Origin: Cetorhinus maximus
Lineage: Eukaryota
Reading direction: 5' to 3'
Length of the DNA: 64,000 bases
Assembly (NCBI RefSeq): GCF_964194155.1
Contig: NC_135913.1
Span: forward strand, 4,898,001 to 4,962,000
The translations under genes and the position numbers were made by a program. The notes under the pieces are model-generated. The model made no database searches. It saw only the letters and a program-made list of their open reading frames with translations, and was not told the origin of the DNA. Each line of letters opens with the position of its first letter. The stretch's first letter is position 1. Below, in pieces: positions 37,979 through 50,700 of this stretch.

Positions 37979-39009
37979 TCCATTCACACATACTCCCATA
38001 GTCGCCTTCACTGTCTGACAAGAAGCATCCCAATCTTTTTTTTTGCATTTTCTTCTTTGGCAATTCACCCTCAACAGCGCTTTTCCCTCACAGGCAGACC
38101 GGTAGCCTCCCTTTGGCTTAATTTCACAAATCTTCTAACTTGCACCAACTGTTCATTCCTTACCAGTGGTGTGCGATGTGACAACTGTTGTTATCGATGT
38201 ATCCGCACTGAGCCTTCAAAACTTTGGAAATTGCATTTATTTCAGGGGGATATTAAGATGCAGAAATTCGAGTCGGAAGCTATAAAAACAGAGATGAATT
38301 TCCGAGTGGGTAAGCGATTTCTTCTGGTGTTTGTTGTGGGAAAGTGTGATACCATCCCCTTGAAAGCAAGAAAGCTCATTCTGAGTTATGTTACTAATGA
38401 ACTTGGCTCTATTCAGGGCACGGCCCTTACAGAGCGACTGCTCAGCTCCAATATTATTGATGCATCAGGGAGGGAATTTACAGTGTAGCATGGATGTTCC
38501 AGGATAGAAAGCCCAGGGAACGGACTGAACTGGGTCAGATCAGAGGGAATAATCCGAGTTAGAAATTCCAGGAGCTGGACTTAACCAAATCGAGACATGG
38601 AGAATGAAGAGTCTTTAACCAGTGACTGAAGAATGAAACTATCACATGTTGTGGCCATGGCTGGAAGGTGAGATGGAACATGGGGAATTGAAGCTGTGCA
38701 CTCATTCATTAAGATATTTAATTAACAAACTTGTAACATTTATTATTAAACATTAAAGAACATATGTACATTATTACATTTTTTTTCCTAAGATCATCAG
38801 AATTGTTATTTTCTGTCCTGCCATAAGTAGATTTCTTGGTGGATGAGGGAGATGAAGAAGATCCACAGTTAAAAATAAACAGGAATTGTAAACTAAGGAA
38901 CAACAGCAGCTGAACCAGCACAAGATTGTGAGAGCACCAACCAGAGAGAACTCTTCTGATTCAAAGAGCTTTCACTGATCGACTGGAGAGGAAGGTAAGA
39001 GAAAGCCTA

Positions 39010-41555
39010 TTCCTAGAAACTACAGGCCGATCAATGGGACATCAATGGTGGATAACTCACTCACTGACTTTTCCAGAACCGCTTTATCCAATTCAGGGTG
39101 GCCGGGAGTCAGAGACTATCCCGACTGGCGATGGGCGCCAGGCGGGGTACACCTAGGCCAGTCTATCACAGAGCACAGGCTCACACGCAACATACTCACA
39201 CACACACTAATATACCATAGACAATCCATCTGACCAGCACATCTTTGGATGGTGGGAGGAAACTGGAGCACCCGGCGGAAACCGACGCAGAACTTGAGGA
39301 GGGAGAAGGTGCAAACTCCACAAAGACAGATACCCGAGGTCAGGATCAAACCCGGGTCCCTGGAGCTGTGAGGCAACAGCGCTATAAGATTAACCACCAT
39401 GGTGGATAACGTATTTTTAAAAAAGTAATCTACAAAAATATCAGCAGGCACTTGGAGCGTTTTGAGTTAATTCAGCACCAATTTCTGAAAGGAAAATCGT
39501 GTTTGATTAAGAAGCAAAGATAGAGCAGGAGAAAAGACTATTGACGAACATAAAAAAGGTATTCAAAAACCTTCAATTGGCATATAAATCATAAAAATCA
39601 GGTAAAAGGGGTTCTGGGCTCAACTCGAGATCTAAAAGGGGATTTATACGTGGAGGCAGAAGGCGTGGCTGAGGTATTAAATGAATATTTGGCATATGTC
39701 TTCACCAAGTAAGAAGGTGCTGTCCAAGTCATGAAAGAGAAGGCAGTTGAGACACTTGATGGGGCAAAAATTGATCAAGAGGAGATATTGGATAGGCTGG
39801 CTGTATTTAAAATTAATAAATCACCAAGACTGGATGAGATGCATCTAAGTATATTGAGGAAGCTAAGGGTGGAAATTGCAGAAACACTGGCCATAAAGTT
39901 TTCCAAACCTGCTTCGATACAGGAGTGGTGCCAGAGACTGGAGAACTGCAAATGTTAAATCGTTGTTCAGAAAAGGGTGCAAGGATAGATCCAGCAACTA
40001 CAGGCCAGTTGTTTTAACCTGTGTGCTGGCAAAGCTTTGGGAAAAGGCAACCTGGATCTAAATTAATGGTCACTTGGCCAAATATGGATTAATTAAGGAA
40101 ATCCAGCACTGATTTGTTAAAGCAGAATCAAGTTTAACTAACATGAGTTATTACATAAATCCATTTATCTCATTGCTCTACTCATCATTCACTGTCATGT
40201 CCACCTGTTTTATCTCCCTGGTAAATGCCAAAGCAAAATAATTATTTAATAGTTCTACCATCCCTCTTTGGTTATGTGGTATTACTGTGTTTATCCCTTA
40301 ATGGTTCTATTGCCATCACAGCTTTCATTATTTATTGATGCCCCTGTAAAATATTTGACTGTATCAGTCTTTGATCCCTGATAATTTAATTTCATACCTC
40401 GTTATTGCCTTCCTACTTGCTTTGTTTTGAATTTTCTCCTAATCTCTTCTTGTTCTTTCTTATCATGCACTTTGCTCCCATCTTTTACTTATTCATGTCT
40501 ATTTCTTCACGCTCAGTTGTTCTCTTATCCATGGAGTCACGCTAGTGTTAAGTTTGTTCTCTCCTGTTAGTGGAATTGATTTTTCCTGCACTCTGTTGAA
40601 CACCTTTTTAAATATATCCCATTGTTATACATTGTTGTTTGCTAACACAGTTGCCATATAAAATAAAGGTTACAATTCTAAAGGGGCTAAGGAACAAAGA
40701 ACCCTGGGGTAATTCATTTTTACTTATTCTTGGGATGTGGGAGTCGCTGGTAAAGCCACTTCTAAAAAAAATTCTTTTATGGAATATGGGCATCGCTGGC
40801 GAGGCCAGCATTTGTTACCCACGTCTAATTATGCTTGAACTGAATTGTTTACTAGGCCATTTCAGAGGGCTGTTAAGAGTCAACCACATTGCTGTGGAGG
40901 AACCTGGGGTATATGTACCCTAATCATTGAAGGTGGTAGGGCAGGTGGAGAAAATGGGTTAAAAGGTATACGGGGCAGTGGACTTTATAAATAGAGGCTT
41001 TGAGTAAAAACATTGGAAGTTATGAAAAAACTTTTAAAATAACTAGCTCAGTGTCAACTGGAGTATTGTGTCCAATTCTGGGCATCACACTTCAGGAAGG
41101 AGGTAAAGACATTAGAGAGGTTGCAAAAAGGATTTATGAGAGTGGTTCCAGAGGCGAGGCATTTCAGTCATGTGAATAGATTGCAAGTTAGCATTGTTTT
41201 CCTTAGAAAACTGCTTGAGAGAACGTTTGATAGAAGGTGATCAAAATCATGAGGGATCTGGAGAGCAGATACAGCGAAACTGTTCACATTGGCAAGATGA
41301 ACAGAAACCAGTGAACACCAATTAAGATAAATGGCAAAAGAACCAAAGGTGACATGAGGAAAAGCATTTTGGTGTGGCACGTGGTTAGGATCTAGAATGC
41401 ACAGTCTGAGTGTGGTGGGGGCGCATTAATCATTACTTTCAAAAAGAAAATAGATAATTATCTGAAGAGAAAAGGCTGGATTACTATTTCAGAGAGCCGG
41501 CATGGACATGACAGGCAGAATGGCCTCTTCTTATGCTATAACCATTCTATGTTAT
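39010..41555. mobile_element. Mosaic of degenerate CR1 fragments (both orientations) and L2-group tails
   Basis: KSPRLDEMHLSILRKLRVEIAETLA, caactacaggccag, and a CR1 3' end at 40900-41555. Confidence 0.7.
39057..39398 (-). mobile_element. V-SINE (HE1/DANA superfamily) with 12-bp TSD
   Basis: tRNA head ctcacagctccagggacccgggtttgatcc; V domain gtggagtttgcaccttctcc...tgctccagtttcctcccac; TSD atggtggataac at 39045-39056 and 39399-39410. Confidence 0.85.
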
Positions 41556-41884
41556 GGAATTGGTGGCCTCAATGAAACAGTTTGGTTTCTATCTGAGTGA
41601 CCCAAAATACCAGTTTTATGTCACATTTTCCATCCATTCTGGAGCTGTGGGTGTCGCTGGTAAAGCCTCAAAAATTATCTACCCCAATTACCCTGGGAAG
41701 GTGCTGGGGGCTGTCTTCTTTAACCACTGATATTGCTGTTTGATATGACTAAGTGGGGTGTCAATGCACTTCAGAACAACAGTCAATCCCATCGATGAGG
41801 GATGACAGTCATGTTGTAACTACTGGTTCCCTTCCCAAAATACATTGTATTTAAATGAATCTTGGACAATTATGTTTTTTTTAA

Positions 41885-42375
41885 ATTCATTTACGGGATG
41901 TGGATATCACTGGCTAGGCCAGCATTTATTGCCCATCCTTAACTGCCCTTGAGAAGATAGTGCTGAACTGCCCTCTCGAAGCACTGCAGTCACTATGGTG
42001 CACATACACCCACAGTGTTGTTAGGGAGGGAGTTCCAGGATTTTGACCCAGTGACAGAGAAGAAACGGCGATATATTTCCAAGTCAGGATGGTGATTGGC
42101 TTGGAGGGGAACTTACAGGTGGTGTTCCCATGTATCTGCTGTCCTTATCCTTTTAGATGGTAGTGGCTGTTGGTTTGGAAGGTGCTACCTAAGAAGCCTT
42201 CGTGAGTTCCTGCAGTGCATCTTGTAGATGGTACACTCTGCTGCAACTGTAAACCGGTGGCGGAGGAGTGAATATTTGTGGAAGGGGTGCCAATCAAGCG
42301 GGCTGCTTTGTTCTAGATGTTGTCAATCTTCTTTCGTGCCATTGGAGCTGCACTCATCCAGGCAAGTGGAGAGTC
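41885..42375 (-). mobile_element. CR1/L2-group LINE (second family) 3' end
   Basis: Reverse complement of sequence like 17020-17480 and 23260-23560. Confidence 0.8.
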
Positions 42376-43169
42376 ACTGATACAAGATGGATTTAGTTGC
42401 AGTCTCTTGAAAGCCAAATTTAAATTCTCAATCTACCATTTGAAATTATGAAGACCTCTGAATTTCCAGTAACATAACCACTGCACTTCGCTGGCTGACC
42501 TGACAGTCTCCAGAAAATCTACTCCATTAACTGGTCATCTATCTTGTTTTATTTTGTGGGTTTTGAGTGCTAACTGGTTGCTCGCTTTGCCTGAACTGCA
42601 ATAGTGACTGAGCCTGGAAAGTAAGTAAAAGGCGTAATAAAATGTAAGTTCCTCATCCCCACCCATTCTCGGTTTCTTCCACGATCTGTTATGATTTACT
42701 GATTGAATGGTCATTTAATATGACAGTTCTACGTGATATTAGCATTAAATCATGTGGGCGGGTCCCTCTTTCCCTTGATCTGTTAGTTTATGGCCCCAGG
42801 TGATACCTAACACTGGGTCATCTTTGTTGTGTACACATGTTGTTCTAATCTGCATATTGCTGATTACAATGAAATATTACTTCTCATTCTTTAACCTTTG
42901 ACCTGGAATAAACCTTTGTTATTTTTAATCCCAAAGTAAGGAGAAAAGGAAGAAAACCTGTTAGGGAATTTAAAAACAAATGTACAGCAAGTCTATCAGT
43001 AACTGGAAAATAATCAGATTACAAAATAATTACAGCACAAGCAACTTGATCCAAAACATCAAACTATCTTCCTTTCTCATTAAAAGCTGAGGATCCTGCA
43101 TATTTGCTGCAGTTTAGATTCCCTTATCCACACAACATTTACAACTTGTTAGCTTTTGAGCAGGTGGAT

Positions 43170-44480
43170 ATCAACTTATTCATTCTCCAATCCCTGTGCG
43201 ATATCACAATTCCACGGGTGCATATCTGCAGGCACCTTCCCAAGAGGATATTTGCTCTTGGATCCTGATCGAACACAGTCCCAAACTGAATTCATAGAGG
43301 GTCAATTCCAAGGAGGATCATTGGGCACTAATACTGAGTGGGAGCCCTGGGTAATGTTAGCCCCACACATAGTGATACTGAGAGCAACTGTCCGTGTTCC
43401 GCTGCAGCTCAGACTGATCCCCACCCTGGCCCCGACCTGTCTATGTTGTGGTTGTCCCAATGCCAAATCAACAACCAGCAATACTGGACAAACAATACCC
43501 AATCACCTTTACAGATCACTTCTCTAAGATTCTGAAGCAGTTCACGACTACATGGTTATTGTCAGACATCAATCCCCGACTTGATTGTCACCTGGAAGAT
43601 CAACAACCCACTATCTGGTTAATGTTGTGAGCTTCCTTCATAAAAAAAATGGCCAATATTCTGGGAACAACCTCAACCATTAGCACAACAGATCATTCAA
43701 AACATTTGACAGGATTGATCATACAGTTAGAAACCATAGAAACCATAGAAAAGTGGTGGTTAAGAAGTTAATAAGGTTAAGCATACACAAGATTCTTGGT
43801 CCAATGGATTGCTAACTTCGTCAATGGCCATACTGTGTGTGTCAGACACCGTGGCTGTCCATCTGAAAGTGTTTAATTAATAGCTGGTGTACCTCGGGGC
43901 ACTCAGCTAAGGCCAATTCTTCTCCTGATCCTCATTAATGATGCTTTCACTTCTGGCCTCAAAAACCGGAAATACATGGATGATAAAACAGTCCCGGTGC
44001 TGCCAGTGGGGTTCAGAAAATTCTCAACACTCACAACGAATGTTGTGAGGAAAGCAGAGTGCAGCTCAATGGTACTAAAAATAATGCCATGCATGTAGAC
44101 TTTGGCAGACATAAGCAAATGCCCCTTGACATAAAGTTTGGCAATTACACCCTGGGGGAAGTGAAAGCCTTGAAAGTCAAAGGAATATACATTCAAGCTG
44201 ACTTGAATTGGGATGGAGAAATTAACAGTATGTTTAAAAAAATAAACAAATTCAATATTTATTCTCGGATGCCTCAAACCTTTTAGACTCCCTGTCCACG
44301 ACCTGTTGATAAACACTGGCTACATCTGTCCCTTCGTCGATATGTTATGCCCGTGTGGCACCCTGGCCTCACACACACACAAACTGCCCAGAGCAAGATA
44401 ATACACAAGCATGCACTGAGAGTGATCTTTAGCCCTCAGTCCCAGTCGTAGAACATCCTTTATGTCACATAGCTGAAACG
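43170..44480 (+). mobile_element. Degenerate non-LTR retrotransposon RT (Rex1/Babar- or L2-like)
   Basis: 43883-43985 reads AGVPRGTQLRPILLLILINDAFTSGLKNRKYMDDK. Confidence 0.65.
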
Positions 44481-44615
44481 CTAAAAACAAGTTATATTTC
44501 GTTAAATTTATAAAACTCATTATGCAATCTACCCAATTTTAGAACTGGTTACCACCACTAAACCCAGGGAAACTCAGGGACCTGTGTACTTGTATGCCAA
44601 GATCTCTCACTTCAT

Positions 44616-44703
44616 CTACAGTTTCACACTCAGTCCAGATCTTGTACCCTGCAGCGACTTCAGTTGATATTTTCCATTCAAACTGAACTGATTCTTCACC
44701 AGC
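44616..44703 (-). CDS. NLR last coding exon
   Basis: tttcag| acceptor; (W)[28 protein letters not shown]. Confidence 0.85.
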
Positions 44704-47700
44704 CTGAAACAGATTAAAGATTAAACAGAAAATAAACAGATTCAAAACAACTTATAACATAGGAGGCTGGGTTTAACACAACATTAATAATTACCCATAC
44801 AATGATGTACAATTTATATGCTGTTTTTACATTAAACATAAGAGTTACACTAACCAGATCAGCTCCAGACTTATGCATTTCAGTATGATGCGGCGGAGAG
44901 CAGAGACAGATTGATCTGTAAGTGCATTTGATCCCAGGTTTAGAACCGTTAGTGACCGGTTTGTTTCGAGTGCAGAGGCGAGATCTTCAGCACAAGAATC
45001 TGAGAGATTGACAGCCCATAGACTGGTGACCAGAGAAGGAAATATCAGAAAATGAGTTCATTGTCAATGTTAATTAAACACAATATTCAACATCCAGCTT
45101 TATAAGCAGAAGCTTACACTTACTCCAGTTTTTGTATTTTACAGTCCGGATTCCTCAGAGCCACATGCAGTAGCTCCTTCACCCCTGGATCTCCCAGTTT
45201 ATTGTTCCTCAGCCTAAATGCAAACATATACAGATTGAGATACAAACTGAATCAGGGATATGAGATATTTTCATCTTGAATTTCCCAAAAAACACAAAAT
45301 ATTTCAGGAAATTAATCTCCTGATTTTCTATGACAGTGAATCTCAGTCTGTCCTGCTCCATGTACATTTGGGTACCATCAGGAAATGTGTTTATTAAATA
45401 AAGCGTTGTCTGTGTAGAGCTTATATAGAGTCATAGAGTTCTACAGCACAGAAAGAGGCCCTTCAGCCCATTGTGCCCACGTCGGTCATCAAGCCCCCAT
45501 CTACCATAATCCCATTTTCAAATCCTCAAATCTAAACCTCCTGCTCCTTACCTTAAATCTGTGCTGCCTGGTCATTGACCCTTCTACTATGGTAAAACTT
45601 TCTTCCTATCAACCTTATTTATGCCCCTCATAATTTTGTACACATCAATCAGGTCCCCTCTCAGCTTTCTCTGCTCTAAGGAAAACAACCCCAGCCTATC
45701 TAGTTTCTCTTCATAGCTGAAATGCTCCAGCCCAGGCAACATCCTCTGCACCCTCTCGAATGCAATCACATTCTTACTATAGTGTGGTGACCAGAACTGC
45801 ACACAGTACTCCAGATGTGGTCTAACCAAGTTTTGGTTTCAGTTTAAATCTCATACACTGCAGCCAACTCCCAGAACTCAATGTAATCTCATGAGCACAG
45901 TTCCCCACTGAATTGGCTGGCACAAAGGGGCACAATTTCTGGTGGGTGAGCGGTAGTGTATTGAAAATTACACTGTGTGTTTTGTCCACTTGAGGCTACC
46001 ATGCACACATGTACTAGCAAAGGGAGTGAAAAGAAATTAAGAAGGATCCATGTTTTAACAGCACCTTTTAATTGACCCTCAGTCCGCTCACTTTCCCGGA
46101 GGCTCCGAGAGGTCACTGACAGCCCTCAGCATGTTTGAGAAACGTGTGTCATACACGTTTCTCAAACGTTTCTCATACGCTGATTCTAAAATCCTGGATT
46201 TTAAAGGAAAGGGGTGATTTTTCCCCAAATTAAGTGATGAAGCAGTATTCCCCTATACTTTTCACTGTTACACACTCTGTCTCCCAGAATTTTATGTAAC
46301 AAGGAGGTCATGTTGAACATGTATAAAACACTAGTTAGGGCTCATCTGGAGCAATGTGTCCAGTTCTGGGCGCCATACTTGAGGAAGGTGTGTGAAGGCA
46401 TTGGAGAGAGTACAGAGGAGATTCACAGAAATGATTCCAGGGATAAGGAACTGTAGCTATGAGGATAGATTGGAGAGGTTGGGACTGCTTTCCTTGGAGA
46501 AAGGAAGGCTGAAAGGAGACTTGATAGAGGTATTTAAGATCCTGAGGGGTATGGACAGGGTAAATAGAGAGAAACTGTTCACACTCATGACAGCATCAAG
46601 AACCAGAGGGCACAGGTTCAAAATAATTGGCAAAAGGAGTAAATGCGAAGTGAGGAGAAAAGATTTCAACCAGAGGGTGGTTGGATTCTGGAATGAACTT
46701 CCTGAGGGGCTGGAGAAGGAAGGTTTGATCGAGGTTTTCAAAAGGGAATTGGATTGTTATCTGAAAAGAAAGAATGTGCAAGGTTACTGGAATAAGTCGG
46801 AGGAGTGGGATTAGATAGAATGCTCTTTCATGCAGCCAGTGCAAACTCAATGGGCTGAATGGCCTCCTTCTGCACTGTAAAAATTCTATGATTTCACTTT
46901 ATTCCTCACTGAATTGCCATTGAATTAGCTCTACAGTTATTTAAAATGGCACAACAGTATTTGGGGAATTTTTGGAAGGTCCTACCCTGAGCAGGGTCAT
47001 GCACATAGCGGGTGGACTATGGCAAATTCCCAGTTTTACTGCCTCTGGTTTGCCTGGAGTTTCCCACTATGTGTGCCGCTGCTGACTGGTATGTGTCTGT
47101 ACTCCGGGGGTAATGCACAAACCCATCAGTTTGGAGCTTTTATCCCAAGTGATTTAAGCTTCCATGTTCAATGAAGTAACGACTTGGATTACTAGCAAGG
47201 AGCCTGACTCCACCACTTCTGACACAGCAGCAAGAGTGCTGAGTGAATTAGATATCCCTGACTGAGTGTCCTGTAATTGCTGTGGCATTAGGTAACCTAA
47301 TACCACCCTGTGAAGAAAGCTCACCTCTTCAACTGGCAGTTCACTGCCCTGAAACTGTTCTTTTCTCCCTGTAACTCAATATTTGGTGTTCCTGCTTCCC
47401 TCGCAAATGTACGTTGACAATCCGGTAACTGCAGCTTACCACTACACCTTAGACGGGGTGGGATGATGTGACAGGAGGACTGCTGCAATGAGTGATGGAC
47501 TATGTGAAAGTTACAGTGAGGAAGATCCGCTTCACTGGACATGACTTAGACAGTGAGAGAAATGGCAATTATTCTTGTAATGAATTTATCAGACCCTTTC
47601 TTTGACCTGTATTGAATGGTCCATTAGGGGCTGTAAAATCCAACACAAGGGTCCATCTTAAATTTTCCAGTCCTTAGGGAATTACTAAATGATCCTCTTA

Positions 47701-50700
47701 TCATTGGTCATATTTGTATTGAATCTGTTTCTCTGGTTTAACTGAACTGTTTGTTTCCTTTCGTTACAGAGCAGCAAAACAACGTAAGACTCTTCCACAA
47801 TTCGCCCAAAGATTAAAGACAAATAAACAGTTACCTCAGCACTTCGCATTTATGAAGTGCAGATCTCAGCTCTTGGAATCCATCACAATGAATGCAGCAG
47901 GACTCCAGATTAAGTTCTACTATTGTATCACACAATCCAATCATGCGAGACAAGACTGTGCAGTCAACTGGCTTCAGGACCAATCCACAAAACATAAGTA
48001 CTTCTGCAGACCCGACTGTGACCCGAGCTAGTTCTTTATTCTGAGATTCAACCAGGTAGTGAAATGAATTCAGAAGTTTCATTTTACCAGCTTCACTCTC
48101 TGTCTTTCCAATCTGAACTTTAACCTTCCCCTTCAACCAGTCAATCACTTGGCAGGTTACTTGATGAAGAAATGGACCCAGAACCTCCTCAAGGGGCCGA
48201 GCTGACTGTGGGGAGGAGAGACCAGCAACAAAACGGAGAAATATCTCAAATCGTCCATCTTCCTTGCTGTAAGCTTCACTAAGGAGTTTCTGGATGCCCC
48301 CGGGATCTGGATTCAGGAATTGTGCGAGTGCAGCTACAAACTCTTGGATGGTGAGGTGTGGGAATGTGTAAACCACACTCTTGGCAGAATCATCTCTCTC
48401 CAAAAGTTCCATCAGGAACCCAGACAGGAACTGGGAAGGTTGCAGATTGTACGTGATCAAATCTTCATTCCTGAACACAATCTTCTTCTCAGAGACTCCT
48501 GTGAAGGCCATCTCACCAAGCTTCAGGAACACATCACGTGAACTTTCAATCTCTGGGCTATGGTTTTTCAGAATGTTGTAAATATAGGAGGAATATAGTT
48601 GGGTGATGGTCTTGGGAACTTGCTGCTGTTTCCTGTCTCTTTGTGTAAAGAAGGGGCCCAGTGACAGACCGAGGATCCCGCAGTAGGAAGGGTTGTAGCA
48701 CATGGCGTACAGGATCTCGTTCTCCTCCACGTGTTTGAAAACAGCTGTTGCCACTTCCTGATCTTCAAAATACTTGTTGAAATATTCTTTCCGTTCATCA
48801 CCAACAAATCCCAGAATTTCCGCCCAGACACTGATCTCAGCCTTATCCAATAAATGTAATGCAGTGGGGCGGCTGGTCACTAGCACTGAACATCCTGGGA
48901 GCAGCTTGTGTTGTATTAAACTGTACACAATGTCAGACACTTCACACTGGCATTCAGGATCTGTGCACATGAACTGAGGTTCTGTATTTCTTCGATTGTC
49001 AGCAAAGTCAATATTCTCCCTGAATTCATCCAAACCATCTAATACAAACAGCAATCCCTCTGGGTTCTTCCAGAGCTCTCCCAGAGCATTCTCAAAGTAA
49101 GGATACTGATCCAATATCAGATTCCTCAGGTTTGTTCTGCAGTTAATATCGTTCAAATCCCGGAATTTGAAACTGAAAACAAATTGAAAGTGTGGGTATA
49201 TTTTCCCTGTGGCCCAATCATAAACAATCTTTTGTACCATTGTTGTTTTCCCAATTCCTAGGACTCCACTCACTGCTACTGTACTCCCAGATTTGGATTT
49301 CCTCTGGGAAAAACTACCCTTGAACAATTGATTACTTCGGATTTTTTCCAGTTCTTTCCGCAGATGTTTCTCTCTCAATTCTTCACGGTCTCGCCCCCTT
49401 GCCAGCAGTTCATGGTCTACAAGTGTCCGATCTCGAACAGTGGCAATGACCGTTAGCTCAGCATATCGGTCAGCCAGCTGGAAAATCTTAACCTTCTCCT
49501 TCATGAGAGTGTTCACTCTCAGTGTTTCCGTTTGTACCCGGAGTGTTTCCTTGTGTTTCTGTTGAATATCTTAAATTAGAACAGACAAAAAGAGGTTATC
49601 ACTGTTAGTTGTATTGACATAATAACGACTTCTCAAGACCATTTCAATATTCAGAAAAATATTGCAAGATTTAACTTACAGCTTTAATAGAGCTACATGT
49701 AGAATTTAAAACTTTGTTATTCGAAACTTCACTTGACAGTTAACAATGGCGGAGGAAATTATCAAATTTCACTTTATTCTAATATTTACTGAACAGTGAG
49801 ATGTCTACAAAGGTGATGTTTTCGCTCTGATGGTTAATACTCTATTCCTCCTCTGTACTATAAACATAACTCATCTCACATGATCCATGTTAGTGCACAA
49901 TAGAGATCCTAATGGATCAAGTGTTGAAACAGCCAATGATGTGAAAGTTCTGCAGAATTGGGAAACAGGACATTTAATATCCCCGGAAGGGGAATGTGCC
50001 GTGCATGGTCTGTAGAGTGCTACTGTTACTAAAGCGGACGTTAGGCAGGTTATCTGCGAATTGTGTGCACTGAGAGATCGACATACTGTTCCTGGACAGG
50101 AGTTTCACTATTATTGCAAAAAACCTTAGCCAGTTAGCTGCGGTATTGAAGGCAATGCAGGAGGAGTAGACTGTAAATGGATGCACCTTCCATTCTGCAT
50201 TCCATTTGACCCACAGCTGAACTTACAATCACATGTCCTCTCCATCACCAACACCACATTCAAACATCGTTGTAATATTTACCATCTCCACCCTTGCTTT
50301 CACTCATCTGCTGCTGATACAAGCATTGATGAGTGTATACCTCAAGAACCGACTATTCCAATAATCTCCTGGTCTGTGATTTCTCTATCTGTAATCTTGA
50401 GCTTATTCAAAAATCTGCTGTTCAAATTCTAACTCATGCCTTGTTCCGTTCACCCATCACCACTGTGCTCATTAACTTCCATCAGCTTTCATTCTGGTGA
50501 AATGTCAAATTCAAAAATTCTTATTTTTGTTTTCTGATTTCCCACCTCTTCCTACCTCTGTAAGCTCCAATACTAAAATGCTCAGAGATCTCTGCACTGC
50601 TCCAAACATCACCTCTTGTGCATCTCCACATTTCACTGTTCAAACATTGGCTGGCATGTCTTCAGCTTTCTGGGCCCTAAATTCTGGAATTCAGTTCTAA

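Noticed and set aside
37853-38488. 211-aa plus-strand ORF
   Set aside because: It spans a tRNA pseudogene and a duplicated spacer; the frame is not conserved in the other copies and has no recognisable domain.
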